Assembly: GCA_010356995.1 (NCBI GenBank)
Contig: ML996706.1
Span: forward strand, 186,001-250,000
Length of the DNA stretch: 64,000 nucleotides
Direction of reading: 5' to 3'
Source: Trichodelitschia bisporula
Lineage: Eukaryota
The notes beneath the pieces were generated by a model that did not search any database, was not told the origin of the DNA, and worked only from the letters and a program-made list of their open reading frames with translations. Position numbers and translations under genes: made by a program. Shown one piece after another: positions 63,301-64,000 of the stretch (position 1 is its first letter; each line of letters begins with the position of its first letter).

Positions 63301-64000
63301 ATGAAACAAAATCTCGGTAAGTGGCTTTTACCTTTCTATGATGGTAGTTGTCATACGGTAGGGAAGAGAGGGCTAACCGCTGTCATTAGAATTCAATAAG
63401 GTCCTCGGTAAACTACCCACTGCTGTGGATACGCCGTTCAATGTACGCAAACGAGAACACGACACTGCCTGCCTTCCTGATACCCGTGTCGCACTTCTCA
63501 AGCAGATATATGAATGGGCTGATGGCATGGACTCCCCAAATATATTCTGGCTGAGCGGGTTGGCCGGCTATGGCAAGTCTACGGTTGCGCGAACAGTGGC
63601 CGCCAGATGTTTCAAGAAAGGCCTTAGCGCCAGTTTCTTCTTCACCAAAGGCGGCGGAGATGTTGGCCACGCCGGCATGTTTGTTACAAGCATCGCAGTG
63701 CAGCTTGCAAATAATGTGCCGGATCTAAAGCCGGTCATTTGCGATGCCATCGCCAAGCACAGCAACATCGCAAGCCTGTCTCTACGCGAGCAGTGGGACC
63801 GTCTTGTTCTCGCTCCTATATCGCTGTTTGGAACCGATCAATCCACTCCAAAATTTCTCCTGATTGTCGACGCTCTTGACGAGTGCACAGATGAGAGCGA
63901 TGTGCGGATCATTCTTCAGCTTTTCGCCGAACTTCGAGGATCGCACCAAACCAGGCTCCGAGTATTTCTGACGAGCCGACCCGAAGCTCATATCCGGGAT
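60357..64000 (+). CDS. NLR-like protein: helical 'SLDYRLR' domain + C2H2-like fingers + PNP_UDP phosphorylase + NACHT (runs off window)
   Basis: Introns at 60661-60705, 61352-61403 and 63317-63389 keep one frame. Fingers: CPFC, HVLDDLEPYICT and CPFC..HVGHH. PNP: YTIGWICAL, GIGGG, EMEAAG and RGICDYADSHK. NACHT: Walker A GLAGYGKS, Walker B LIVDALDEC and FLTSRPE. Confidence 0.88.

Noticed and set aside
1..64000. CRISPR arrays, rRNA, intact transposons
   Set aside because: This is a eukaryotic window with no repeat-spacer arrays, rRNA signatures, transposase/RT ORFs, LTRs or TIRs visible.

Overview
This is eukaryotic DNA from a GC-rich filamentous ascomycete (Pezizomycotina, probably Dothideomycetes; inferred). 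It has short GT-AG introns with CTRAY branch sites. I can support about 18 protein genes: a Zn2Cys6 TF, a DUF3632 protein, U2A', Pat1, a GT15 mannosyltransferase, Vps9, an ASNSD1-like protein, an inositol polyphosphate kinase, La-Arb1, a C2H2 protein, Fig4, Dcc1, Bud3, an aspartic protease, Adh1, an OSCA/DUF221 channel, a HeLo-like/kinase-like protein and a truncated zinc-finger-PNP-NACHT NLR. There is also an intron-containing tRNA-Gly(GCC). The most interesting items are: (1) a head-to-head pair of an MLKL-like HeLo/pseudokinase gene and a multi-domain NLR at the right edge; (2) a transmembrane ORF exactly in frame behind the mannosyltransferase stop codon; (3) a 54-aa CxxH/CxxC microprotein missed by the ORF track; (4) a spliced, ATG-free, highly structured candidate ncRNA in the 24-25 kb intergenic region. 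All calls come from reading the sequence and recalling family motifs; no searches or folding programs were run.
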